A stretch of DNA of 64,000 nt from Tubiluchus corallicola (Eukaryota > Animalia > Priapulida), in NCBI GenBank assembly GCA_030141605.1, contig JAQGDQ010000024.1:1-64000 (forward strand). The letters are read 5' to 3'. The number at the start of each line of letters is the position of its first letter. The first letter of the stretch is position 1. The notes below the pieces were generated by a model that made no database searches, was not told the origin of the DNA, and saw nothing but the letters and a program-made list of their open reading frames with translations. The position numbers were made by a program, and so were the translations under genes. Below, piece after piece: positions 53,601-64,000 of this stretch.

Positions 53601-54405
53601 TGAAGTGCTGTGGATAGATGGAAATCCTATACGACACATACGTAATGCTTCTTTTGGTGGCGCTCCTCTGCTGACAGGCCTTCACATTGAGAATTTAACT
53701 GATTTAGCCAATTTTAATCTTGGTGCACTGGCAGGGCTCACCAACTTAGAAACACTTCATGTGTATGGTTATAATTACACAAAGTTACGTTATGATTTTG
53801 CAGATATCCTAGCAGAGGCACCAAATCTGAAAGAATTATACATTGAAGTAACACCAGTAGAAGGCCTGCGAGTTGTGCTCAACAGTCAGATAATACAGCG
53901 CATACTAAGACTCAGTCCAACTCTGAGGTCCTTATATATAGTAGGTGACACCATAATGGGAGTTAAAGACAATGTTTTATGGAACTTTCTACCAAAAACG
54001 TTTGGTATCATCAACACAACAGTGAATGAGTTGCCCAAATCACTGTACAAAGAATACAATGGCAATGGTTTAGTATTGCAACTCGAAGGAAACAAATTTA
54101 CTGAGTTACCCTGGGTGCTGGTTAAATCACCTATATACATTGAAGCTGTGCATTTAGGAAACAATCCATGGGACTGTACATGCCCAATGTCTGACTTTCG
54201 GCTGACATTAAGATCATGGGCCCAGCGACGGCCAGACATCTCTGAGACATTTAGGGAAGGAAAATGTTTTGAACTAGAAAACGTCCCCTTAATTGAAGGT
54301 AAATGTGTAAGTAGAAATATCAAGTCTAGTTCTTGTAAAGTAACTTTTGTAAATAGTTTGCCATTATTATGGTTAGTAATTCTATGTGTAGTTAAAGGAT
54401 CATAG
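50662..54405 (+). CDS. Chaoptin-like extracellular leucine-rich-repeat protein, probably GPI-anchored (~1247 aa, single coding exon)
   Basis: Signal peptide MLLIGLVINLVSVVSA; Cys-rich LRRNT (C..CRC..IDCS); roughly 40 LxxLxLxxNxI repeats; LRRCT NPWDCTC; hydrophobic C-terminus LPLLWLVILCVV with no cytoplasmic tail. Confidence 0.9.
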   Translation: MLLIGLVINLVSVVSAVGYSEDCAPHRIVCRCAKSYQEQNILLSIDCSSIHLGDIPALAESSFVEQLSMANTGLTRVSNHAFDRYLSLQVLDLSDNHITNIEEDAFSALDDCEHISLQSNMLTKLDKSYFKKLLNLRELTLAFNTLRYIGENVFDGLDDTIERLQLNNNKLRKIPVETLRSLRQLVQLDISYNKIHELTLSSVDVHLRSLQELLITHNKITELPANSFANIKNLVTINLNNNKIWFVHPDAFSGLTNLRYVYLSNNYLTHIPSIALHKLPYLSELYLHGNNIVNISKEDMLPNMMLLNLHSNLIQQIPEDAFAGATSLKFLFLGHNHIARLHNRVFDSVKENIQSIELPFNRLYEMPRKAFRNLPMLDNLNLSGNRITSVNKDAFMGLKRLRILNLNQNQITSIGDQTFIYLQSLRVLYLRNNGLESFSSHGLLGLNETLNYLYLDNNYLSKVPSQALHDVKSLRFLDLSYNNIEHIERNAFSAVKHSLGKLYLKGNKIQEFPTNAFDNLTKITELDLSENKISALEPMVTAGMPKLAILNLAANDISNITDLAFYEGHSLRKLILSYNKIRKVSQQTFAPLNRLLSLDISHNNLTNLPEKFLTKSTVQEVDVSNNNIEVVHDYAFDSLHQLNSLYLHHNKMKNLWREIVNDVPVIKVLDVSHNNIMDMVQDALQNMATLQIFRANNNQIKDEELNRYLFKEHAQSLMEIDLSNCYLESIPIQLFSNLAKIQRINLANNRMKNLPLNAFEQLISLQDLDLSHNLIEIVPPGVFYGLTRLQTLNLEYNEINLIHHELFKDLNLGELKLGHNLLESVPTAFSGIAHSLHTLDLSHNKLQWIHNGDFNITAIENLDLRQNSIRRLDSNPFRHMVSLRNLILDNNPIVQDIKGSFTTLGTNVEFLSMINTTSTWSFPPGHMHSDSLEKLILSDNVIQEFNASAMSDLTSLEELRLSNNQIVNISSTSLESMPSIEVLWIDGNPIRHIRNASFGGAPLLTGLHIENLTDLANFNLGALAGLTNLETLHVYGYNYTKLRYDFADILAEAPNLKELYIEVTPVEGLRVVLNSQIIQRILRLSPTLRSLYIVGDTIMGVKDNVLWNFLPKTFGIINTTVNELPKSLYKEYNGNGLVLQLEGNKFTELPWVLVKSPIYIEAVHLGNNPWDCTCPMSDFRLTLRSWAQRRPDISETFREGKCFELENVPLIEGKCVSRNIKSSSCKVTFVNSLPLLWLVILCVVKGS

Positions 54406-55058
54406 TCAGTTTAGTTGAGAAGCAATAAGGAATTCGAAAGGTCCTTCAAGCGGCTCATTCTAACATTGTAGGAATGCCAGTCTTTTGGATTCATTCTTGA
54501 TTCTTGTTAAAACAGACAATGACAAATGTATATATTAAGGCATTTCTGTGATGTATCGTAATATAATCACACAATTCATGTGCATTACAAACCACCTGTT
54601 AATTTATACACTAGTTTTGGACCAATAATTACTTCTGTTTTAATCAGATTTCAGCAATAGATTTCGTAAAGTTTGCCTACATGTGTCTCAAATATCACAT
54701 AATGTGGCAAAATAGTTGTTTTTACCAATTTCAGGCATTCCGTGTGTAGTTATTTTTAGCTTACTAGATGGCAGCACACTCCATGTTGGAACAGTAGTAT
54801 TTAGGCCAGGGTTTTAGGAGAGCACAAAAATATTTAATACTTGTTAGAACTTCAGTCATTCCATATGAAACAGATAACATATTTTAAAAATATTTCTTTC
54901 TAATTTGTAAAATAAATTTTACATCTATTGGTTTTTGTAAATACAACTGTACGCATTTCATTCATACCAAAAAGTTGCTTAAGAATGAAGAACATAATGA
55001 AGGCCTTACTAGTTACTGAGACAGCTTTCGAAGCCATAACCACATAAATTCATATTAT

Positions 55059-55110
<52 letters not shown>

Positions 55111-55144
55111 TGTGCGTGTGTGCGTGCGTGTGCGTGTGTGTGTG
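55059..55144. repeat. (TG)n microsatellite
   Basis: Visible directly in the sequence. Confidence 0.9.
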
Positions 55145-58100
55145 CATTCAGAATTGAACATTCCTTCGCCAATTTTATTTCATCATCTGCCAGACGAGGG
55201 CAGCATCTTACAGCACCTTATCGTTTCTGTCAGAGTATACACACTAATATTAGGTTAATTCCTTATCCTCCCAAGAAAACAAAATTAATTATTTTTCAAG
55301 AAATCTACAGTTGTTCTCATTAGATGACGCGAAGAACGCATTACTAATTAGAACAGTGATCCCCCGAACACAGAAATATTTCATTGACATCTGTGCATTT
55401 TTTCACAACTTTACTGTTGATCCAATCACTTTAATATATTACAGAGGTGGATGAGTAACAAGTTGTAACTCAGTTTACTGTAGTATGGCGGTTATGCAAA
55501 AAACTCCAGTAACAGCTTTCTGCCGTGGCAGGTGCAATCTTGGTTTTTCTATTTTTGCGTAATACGAGCGTTTTACTACCCAGTAAGGGAACAACAACGC
55601 ACAGATAAAAGTCTTTAAGACATGCTAAATACCGAGAATGTGCAATGAAAAGGCGAGATTATAGGCCCGTTTATTCTACCCCACATTCTGACTTCCCTTT
55701 TTAATTTGCCCGCGATTTCCTTTCTTGTATTCATAAGAAAAAATGAAGCAAACAGAAGAGGAAAAGATAAGTGGGGAAAGAAAAAAGGAAGAAACGGGAC
55801 TACGAAATTTAGGTTCGTTATAAACAACCTTTTTTGTGAATTTCCCGCCAGTTTAAAGAACAAGGTTAACAGTTAATAACTACTACACACAACGCTATGA
55901 ATGTAACACCTGCTGGGGGAAGTTGTCCGACATCAAAAAAGCGATTTTTGATGTTTCGGCAGCGGAGGCAGTCACTGCTAACTATACAGCACATAATTAG
56001 ACAATTACAACTGTAACATCTTATTAGGAGTGTTCTGGCAGTGACCCGCTGAAACCCATAGTACACTGTGGCTGCTTATGTCAGTTTTTCTGCTTTTTTC
56101 TGATTAAACTAATTACTATTTGAATGAGTCAAGGACTTGGACAAATCAGTAAAATTAAAAAAAGGACGATCTCGACTGTTCATAGAAGGCCATAACAAAA
56201 TCCAAGACAAAATTCGTGAAGTGGCATCTTTTTCACGCAGGACAAAAACTGAAAGGTTATTGTGCAGTAGACAAATGCGCTGTGTCGCTTCTCAATGCAC
56301 CGAAGTATTGCTTTAGTTTAGCTGCTAGTAATTCAAACTATGGAGTTACTATGATGAGTCAGAGCTAAATCAAGCACTATATCGCAATGTGTCACTCACT
56401 ATAAGCGCATACATGGCGATGTGTAGCCTATTATATCATGCTTGAAAGGAATTGGGCAAACGTAAATTAACAATAACATGCAAATGACAATTACATAATC
56501 CTTATCAGTCTGACGGTCTTATCCATCTCTGCACAATTATTCATTATGCCCGTATTTTATTTGGTCCATAAGATTCTGGCGCGTAGCGCTTATATTATTA
56601 TAATTTCACCAATATATTTAAAGTCGACAAGGCATATCCAGCAGAACTACATACTTGGCTAAACATAAGACGCAAGAAACTCGACGGAAACAGTCAAAAA
56701 TACGCCAATAAAAACTATAAAATAGCATTCTACACAAACACATAATTGCATAAACATTGGCACAATTCCTAGTGGGGCTACCCAGCAAAAGAACTGCCCC
56801 CAATCAAACAGTCTCACAAGGCATCCGCAGCGCATAAGACCCCACTCCAGTTATTTATACTCGGTCTGCGTAATAAGCTGGTAACATTAGTGCTAGCAAC
56901 TGGAATGCTGTGCATGGTTCTACATACTGGGAATTTGGAAAGAAAGACCAAGAATGAGAACTGGCTTCGTACACAGAAATGAGAAGGAAAACACGTAGAA
57001 GGTACTTTATTTGCTCATTTATAGTGTGAGTTAATACTATAACCTATATTTTCATGAACTATAGCCGATTTGTAAACTCCGCTCGAGTGTTCAATTGAAA
57101 TAGTACGTTTAAAAACTATACAAAAATTTTACATTGGCAACATAAAAAATTTCAAGAAGTGGTTTTTAACAGTAGAGATATGAGAGCTAACCGAGGGTAC
57201 ATACTAGACTGAGACTAACTCAAAATCAACTAAAGAAAAAAATGTATGATAATGTTAATTGATAATGACAATGATAGGTTTGACTGATGACTTTCTTAGA
57301 AACCGAATGAACATTTCTGACAGGGATACTTAAAAAAAAGCCAAAATTTTCACTAAATCACATCAAAGGACAGTTGTCACAATTAAATAATCAAAATCTA
57401 TTTTTCCAACTGCAATTTACGTTTTAAACTGATAGAAAGCTAATGTTAAATGATCTTGACTCGACAGGTGAATTAAAACAACATATTAAAACAACAACGC
57501 CATACTGAAATTTTCTGAGTGGCCAATTTAAAAATTCACAAAAATGACAGTAAAAACTTTTAGCTAATTCGTTATAGATTGTTGCTCAACATTTCTCTGC
57601 CCTCGTGAACTTCTATAGCTCTTGAAGAACTTATATAAATAGGCCTATACAGACCATCTATGACAATCCCACATTTGATTATCTGGAAAACTAACACGCA
57701 TACTGATTTGTCCTACATTGCGTAATATCTAAAAATGGCGTCATGCGGTAAATTTTCCCCATGTTTTTATCATACAACTATAAGACATACGACTATAAGA
57801 AATCTACGCCAAACTATACCTCCCTGTTTACGTCCAAGCGACTTTCTCGTGTCTTTCTACATACTGCAAAAACAGGCATGTCACACATGCCACTGGTAAA
57901 AAGTTATCAGTGGAACGGAACGAAACCCCAAATACTCCCAAGGAATGAAACCCTAAATGCCCCAAAAAAAACTCCCATTTGCCACACGTCTGTATACAAG
58001 ACGTCAACCTCAGCAAAAGTACATTGTATCAGAAATCGAAACGTAACAGCTGGTTCTAATATGATGGGCAGCAGACGTAAATACGTCAACGACATGGAGA

Positions 58101-59901
58101 GGTATTTTAAAAATATGAGAGAGAATCGGCTTTGAGTCTTTCTACTCGTGCCAAAAAAGAATGTGTAACAACTTCCAGCAGTTCCGTAACAATTTAATGA
58201 CTGTAGCGGCAGATTTGCTTGTTTAAGCAAAGATCGTGAGAGTAAAGGATTGAATGAAAGTATAGAAGTGATGGTACAGCTAGATTCCTAGTTTTAACAC
58301 ACTGTTTAACCCAACAGTCAATTTAAGAACAGACCCTGAAGAAATATTAGACACAAAAAATCCATGGAGAAATGTACAATAAGGTTACACAAACCGCGAC
58401 AATTCGGTTTTGTGATGAAGTTGTGGTAAAATGTCAAGAAAATTTTCCCTACAAAATTATCATCCACAGTAATAGAAACTGTTATGTGAATGTAAAAAGG
58501 TTGTACAAATGTAAGTAGTTAAACAACGTTCTTAATAGACAAACAACTATCTAACTGCATGGCATCACCCCATTGCAGAAGCTGGCACATGTTTTCATCT
58601 GGGTTCGAATCCGAATTGCACCTTAATTTTCCACATCTTTATAAAAAAGTGGTCGTTTTTCTCTTCTTTAGTCCAGTTATTATAGAGCAGGATCTCAGCA
58701 GGTGCTTGCTTTCATAGACTTTATTTAAGTGACTGATTAATTTGCCTATATTGATACAATTTTATTGACTTGAAATACAAATAAGAACTATTAATGCATT
58801 TTATGCAAACTAAACACATATTTTTGTATTAACTTTTTAGGCATATGAATGTTTGACTAATTTTTTAATAGCTTAGCGATGTCCAAATAAAAGAACACAG
58901 AAGATAAACATACCTGTAACCAAATGCTATTAATGTATTAGAAGCGAATGAAAATTATTAAACTGATATGGTGCTAAACTTTTCTTGGCTCTTTTTTTAT
59001 TACAAATACAAGACAGAAATAGTGAACGAGATATAACAGATGATTTTCCCATAAATCAGGCTTGTAAAATATTGTATTGACAATATATTGTTCACCAAAT
59101 TTAGTTGCAATCTGGCGTTGCAGTGTTTTGAACCATCAGTTATTGCAAAAATGGCAACATGTTTTATAAATTTGTAAATAATGGCAAAGTTCAACGTTTA
59201 AAAACTATAGACATACTGAGTTGGATCCAACAATTTTCTCTCAGTTTTCACACAACAGTCTTAGAATTTTCGTATCCCATAAAATTGTCGTGGTATTATG
59301 CAAAGTCACTGCTTGAAATTGGTGCACATCTGGGAATCTGAGGGCATGAAATGGAGCGCCGTTAAGAGGCCATAAATTACGCCAATAAGAACGAAGCCGA
59401 AGAAGTCCTAAAATAATCATGATATATGGGAATTCAAAATGTGGCTGACAAGCTCATACAGTTTATACCGATTCCATTAAACAGGGTTACATCGCTTACA
59501 CAATTGCACTAAATAGATATCCATAAACTGTAAATAAGTTTATAACAATAACGTAGTACAAATATATACAGTAATAACTAGTAATACATTTTGCTAATTG
59601 AAAATTCAAGATTTTCTATGTAAATTCTCATTTAAAAATGGCAAAGTAGGCAACCATAACTTTTCAGTGCTGAGCTTCCAGATTATTTTCCGTTTTAAAG
59701 AAAAATAAATGCTTCCCTTAGTAAAATAAATTTGGCGAGGATAACACGTGGTCATGTGTATGGTTTTTATTACGGAGTTTCTGGCTCAGTATTATAGTGA
59801 TAATAAATGTGAGTTAACATTAATGTGAATAACAGCAACGCGCTCGTAATTCTTATTAGCAAAAAGCGGTACAATTAATAAAAACACTTCTTTTTTCTTA
59901 A

Positions 59902-60358
59902 CCCTTTCATACCCGTTGTATCCCGTGGGATACGAGAATATTTTCTGCCTTTAAAATTGATAAAATTTTAAAACTGACAGTTATTTGATCTGTTGATAGT
60001 TATTTTGATTTAAGCTAATAATAATAGACTAAAAATGGTGATAAAATGGCAAACTAGAAAATCTACATAGCATAAAAACTGTGCAAAGTACAGTAGTTTA
60101 GAGACGACTTTGTACAGATCAGCATAGTATGAATACTAAATGTCTTAAATGCTTTAAAAAATTATCAGCAGTTGCAAAATGAAGCACATTTTATGCTTCC
60201 ATTGAATCCCAATGTATCCCGTGGGATATAAGCTGTATTTAGCACGCGGGCACGGATAGAAAAAGCAAATTATTATGTGTAAAGAAGATGGACATACTGA
60301 ACAAAAGTACCAAATCAAAAAAAATTTCTTATTAAAAAATAATTTGGGACTGAAAGGG
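59902..60358. mobile_element. piggyBac-type MITE
   Basis: TTAA|CCCTTTCATACCC ... GGGACTGAAAGGG|TTAA (TTAA TSD, 11/13 TIR); internal dyad TGTATCCCGTGGGATA occurs twice (~59917, ~60213). Confidence 0.8.
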
Positions 60359-63300
60359 TTAATTGTGGGATTTATCTATTTCATTGTCAGTTTTTGCGTG
60401 AAAACTGCAGTTGCCAAAATCATGATGGAGATGACAACTAGGACGACAATGATAATGATGAAGGCAAAGCTTCATCCTTAAACAAAGTTTAATATTTCAA
60501 TTGGTAATAACACCTACACAAACAACAAGGGAAACTAACAGATGTCTCTGTGCCTGCGTAACATTGTCTGTTAGAGTAGTAGGCTAGTGGATTTTCTGCC
60601 CCGTTTACAATATTGAAGTATCCTGACAGAATGCTATAGGGCCATAGATTGCAGTTTACACCTGAACAAGCAGGCAGGCGAAATCCAATTTCTTTTCCAT
60701 TAACACTTAGACAAAGGGTGTCATTCACTAAGATAAATAATAGGAACGAGTTAAGCCATTCGCATGGTAGAAGAAAGGTGTCTAATCACACTACAATTAT
60801 CGTCTTGTTAAAAGAGGGCATGATTACTGGTCACCACGTGCCACCCGTCACATTCGCACCCCAAGGGAGACCGCGTGTTTGCCCGTTTGTGTTGAAACAG
60901 ACACTAGGGTATCGTAAACACGGGACTAAATATTGGCAGTTTGGGTACTCTGGTTCAGAGAACAGATGTACAGATGATATAAACAGAAGACACAGGAAAC
61001 GTTCTTTACCGGTTTGTGGTATTCTCACATGCTGGTGACACACTCAGCAAATACAGCTGTTTCTTTGTGTGGTTGTTACAGTGATTAATGAATTACAGTT
61101 TACAAGAAAGTTTAATCATTAACTCTTTACCTACTGTACGCAATCCTCTAACACGGTATGTGTTCTATAAACATTGAAGTTGATCTACATAAGAAACAAT
61201 CTTTTGCATCTAGAACTGCAAATGTACATTGAAAAAATGAATGATAATACATAATGCCAACAGGTGTTTATTTCAAGCGTCCTTGCAAAGATCACTAATG
61301 GCGTACAGGGCAAAAATTTGAAAAATTTCGTCGAAATTTCATGTTATGTTTTGACATTTAAGAATGTTTACGCGAACGACGCAGCCTAAGAATTCCATTG
61401 TCGGATAGGTTTCATAAACTTTCATTGCGTAACAAGATTGTTTGGCAAAATGATACATTTACTGATACTTGAAGATCCATGGGTTTTATGATATGTCATG
61501 GAAGTCCAGACATAAACAAAGCAAGGCGGAAAACGATTTTTTCTAGATCTAATTTAACGTAAGAATTCACAACGCAGAATATTAGATGATACTTACAACT
61601 ACCGATGCATTTTGCGCATACGTACTACTAGGCGGTGCATTACCCATTTACCAACACCATTCGCTAGCGGCAAATAAGGCTCCCAACAAGTCATTTGAAA
61701 TCCTACTTATAAAAATGCTTACTGGTGTTCAGCTATAGAGTTATTGATAGAAGGTACAATTTCTAAACTTGCACTTTCATCACGCCACTTCACTATAGAC
61801 AGCAAAATTTTCAGTTATGATAATTTCTCAGCAACGGTTAACAAATTATTATGGGTTTTTGGCTTCATTTTGACAGTAACATGTTGGAGGTGATCTTCCT
61901 GTTTTAAGAACAACGCGGAGAAACATTAAAGAAACGACTAAATAAAGGTTATTGCGTATTGACTGATACAAGATTAGTTGACAAGACCTACAGAAGAGAT
62001 AAATGCCCCCCGAAGACTGTGAACTATCAGTAATGCCTTTTCCACTTGAACTTCAAACCACTATATTGTTTTGAAAACTCTACGCAAACTGGTACCATCT
62101 TATCCTTGAGTTTAGCACAGATATGACGTTTTGTAGCAACAAATTCTTTATCAAGTGACTGATTGTGGTGTAGTAATAACATAGTTTTGCGATTCAGGGC
62201 GAATTGTGGATGTTTATCAGGGACTTACGGCTTAACAATGGTTTTCTGATACAATTATATGATATCAACATGATATCATGATATCAGATGATCTATATAT
62301 ATGACATAATATTTCTGATATGCAGTTTCGATATAAGTTTTGCTATGAATTGTGTGGTTTTGATCTTAGGACATTTTGCGGTGCGACCTTCTCATTAAAA
62401 TACTTTGGCAATAATCACGATAAAAACCGCACTGCGCATGTGCGATGATCATCAAGTTCTATAACAGAAGAGCACAACACCGCGAATGTTTACTTTTGTA
62501 GCCAGACATTTGTTTATTCATCATATGCTAAACCTGAAAGGGCTGATCTTTGATGTAAAATAAATCACTCGTTAGCAGAGATATTACGCAAATGTAGCAG
62601 GTTTGAGTGATTAGTATACCGTCTACCAAAACGCTTTAGGACAACATTTAAGAATCAAGCTGATATATCATTGTTTACACACATCACAAGTGAGCTCAAC
62701 CTCGCTAATCTGGTAAAAAGTAAAATACTATTAGATCAGATGGGAGACAAAATTTATTAGATGGATAAGCTGAAAATTTGGTGAGCTTATTAGAGTAGAA
62801 AATATTTATAAAATGTGTTGTCATATTTTTCTCGTGCAGGACTGGGCAAGAACTCTTGAAACATTCCTAGTAACATTTCCCTCATTGTACATCCACCAAA
62901 AGTCTGCTTAAAATGTGGTCTTTTACCATAAGTGATAAATCAAACAGGTTACCGCAAAACGGAAGGACTTCACGTGAGGGATTTTCACCTTTCTAATGCG
63001 AATAAGGGCTGTTTATAAGGGTGCAGGAATAGCAGTTTCTCAGAAATTAGAATCCTGCAGTGACAAAGTTCAGTCGCGCCGGCAGCCAAAACTCCCGTCA
63101 GATAAAAGCTTCCTTCCGGGTATCTGGAGTCAATCAGGGATAAAACAGGGGAAATAGGTAATGGCCGAGCTGGCTTGTTGTGGCTGAAGGATAACCGGCA
63201 CCAGATGACAGCATAGTTACGATTCAGCTCTTCACGCCTATAAACAGCTTGAAAAGCTGCTACACATTTACCCACTAATGTGATAATCACCGGCCAGAAT

Positions 63301-64000
63301 TTGTGTTGGATATCACAACGTGTGCGGTATATGAGAGTTGAAATGTGGATGTACACAACGACCGTGCTATTAATAAAAGACACAAACAGCTAGCTCAAAA
63401 AAGACAAAAATAAACAATATGATTCAATCATTTAAAATTATTACTTAATTATTATTAGCTCAAACTTCATATGTTTTAATTTGTGCCTGCCGTTGTGTGC
63501 CATAATTGCTTACCGGCAAGAAAAGGGAACATTGTTCAGAAATGCCTGGTGTTGACTTAAATTGTTCAGAAATGCCTGGTGTTCACTTAAAGGTAAAGTT
63601 CACTTAAAAGCATAGATACGTGACCAGGGGTTATGTTGACTGCATATGAACCGTCTTGGAGTTCTTATAGCTTCAAAATTATTTAATTTTCTTTTAAAAA
63701 CTTCTAAAAGAACCATGCAGCGTGGAGAGGGAATGCTATAAACGACACATATGTCAAAAATATAGTTTCCTGCCTGTTTTAATTCACAATTTTTTAGAAT
63801 CCTCAAGTCATGCTTAAAGCTGCGAGATCTAAGAACTCTCGTTGTCTCCTTGCTACCGTTAAATACAAAAGAGCTTGCTGGTTGATCAGACGGACTTAAC
63901 TATGCTCTTACACCAAGCAGAATTCAAGTAGCTCAAATAGTCCCGCTACCGTAGAAGATCCAATATATGCAATGACGGAAGAAGAGAAACCAGACATCCC

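Noticed and set aside
52101-54323. Minus-strand ORFs within the LRR gene (and similar ones within TTC29 and the LINE)
   Set aside because: Antisense shadows of real coding sequence with no recognisable motifs.
57761-58230. 124-aa and overlapping ORFs
   Set aside because: No recognisable domain; lengths are compatible with chance.
58555-58625. tRNA-like B box GGTTCGAATCC
   Set aside because: No convincing A box or cloverleaf.
62985-63383. 132-aa minus-strand ORF in a slightly GC-richer patch
   Set aside because: Non-ATG start and no recognisable homology; an exon cannot be supported without RNA data.

Overview
AT-rich animal (invertebrate-like) genomic DNA; no prokaryotic features. The first ~29.5 kb is one giant inverted duplication. 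The left arm (1-14065, running off the window edge) mirrors the right arm (15589-29524) around a ~1.5-kb microsatellite-rich spacer. Each arm carries an intronless, inward-pointing copy of the flagellar TPR gene TTC29, plus the same cargo: RTE-type LINE fragments, a hAT-like MITE, and 72-, 42-, 32- and 97-bp tandem arrays. Arm identity is uneven: nearly perfect next to the spacer, but with substitutions, array copy-number changes and a 22-bp deletion further out. The rest of the window holds a single-exon ~1247-aa chaoptin-like LRR gene (50662-54405), a 5S-rRNA-headed SINE-like element, hAT- and piggyBac-type MITEs, LINE remnants and several mini- and microsatellites. Difference counts were made by eye and family assignments rest on recalled motifs, not database searches. 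The palindrome needs read-level confirmation, because a head-to-head haplotype misassembly cannot be excluded from sequence alone.
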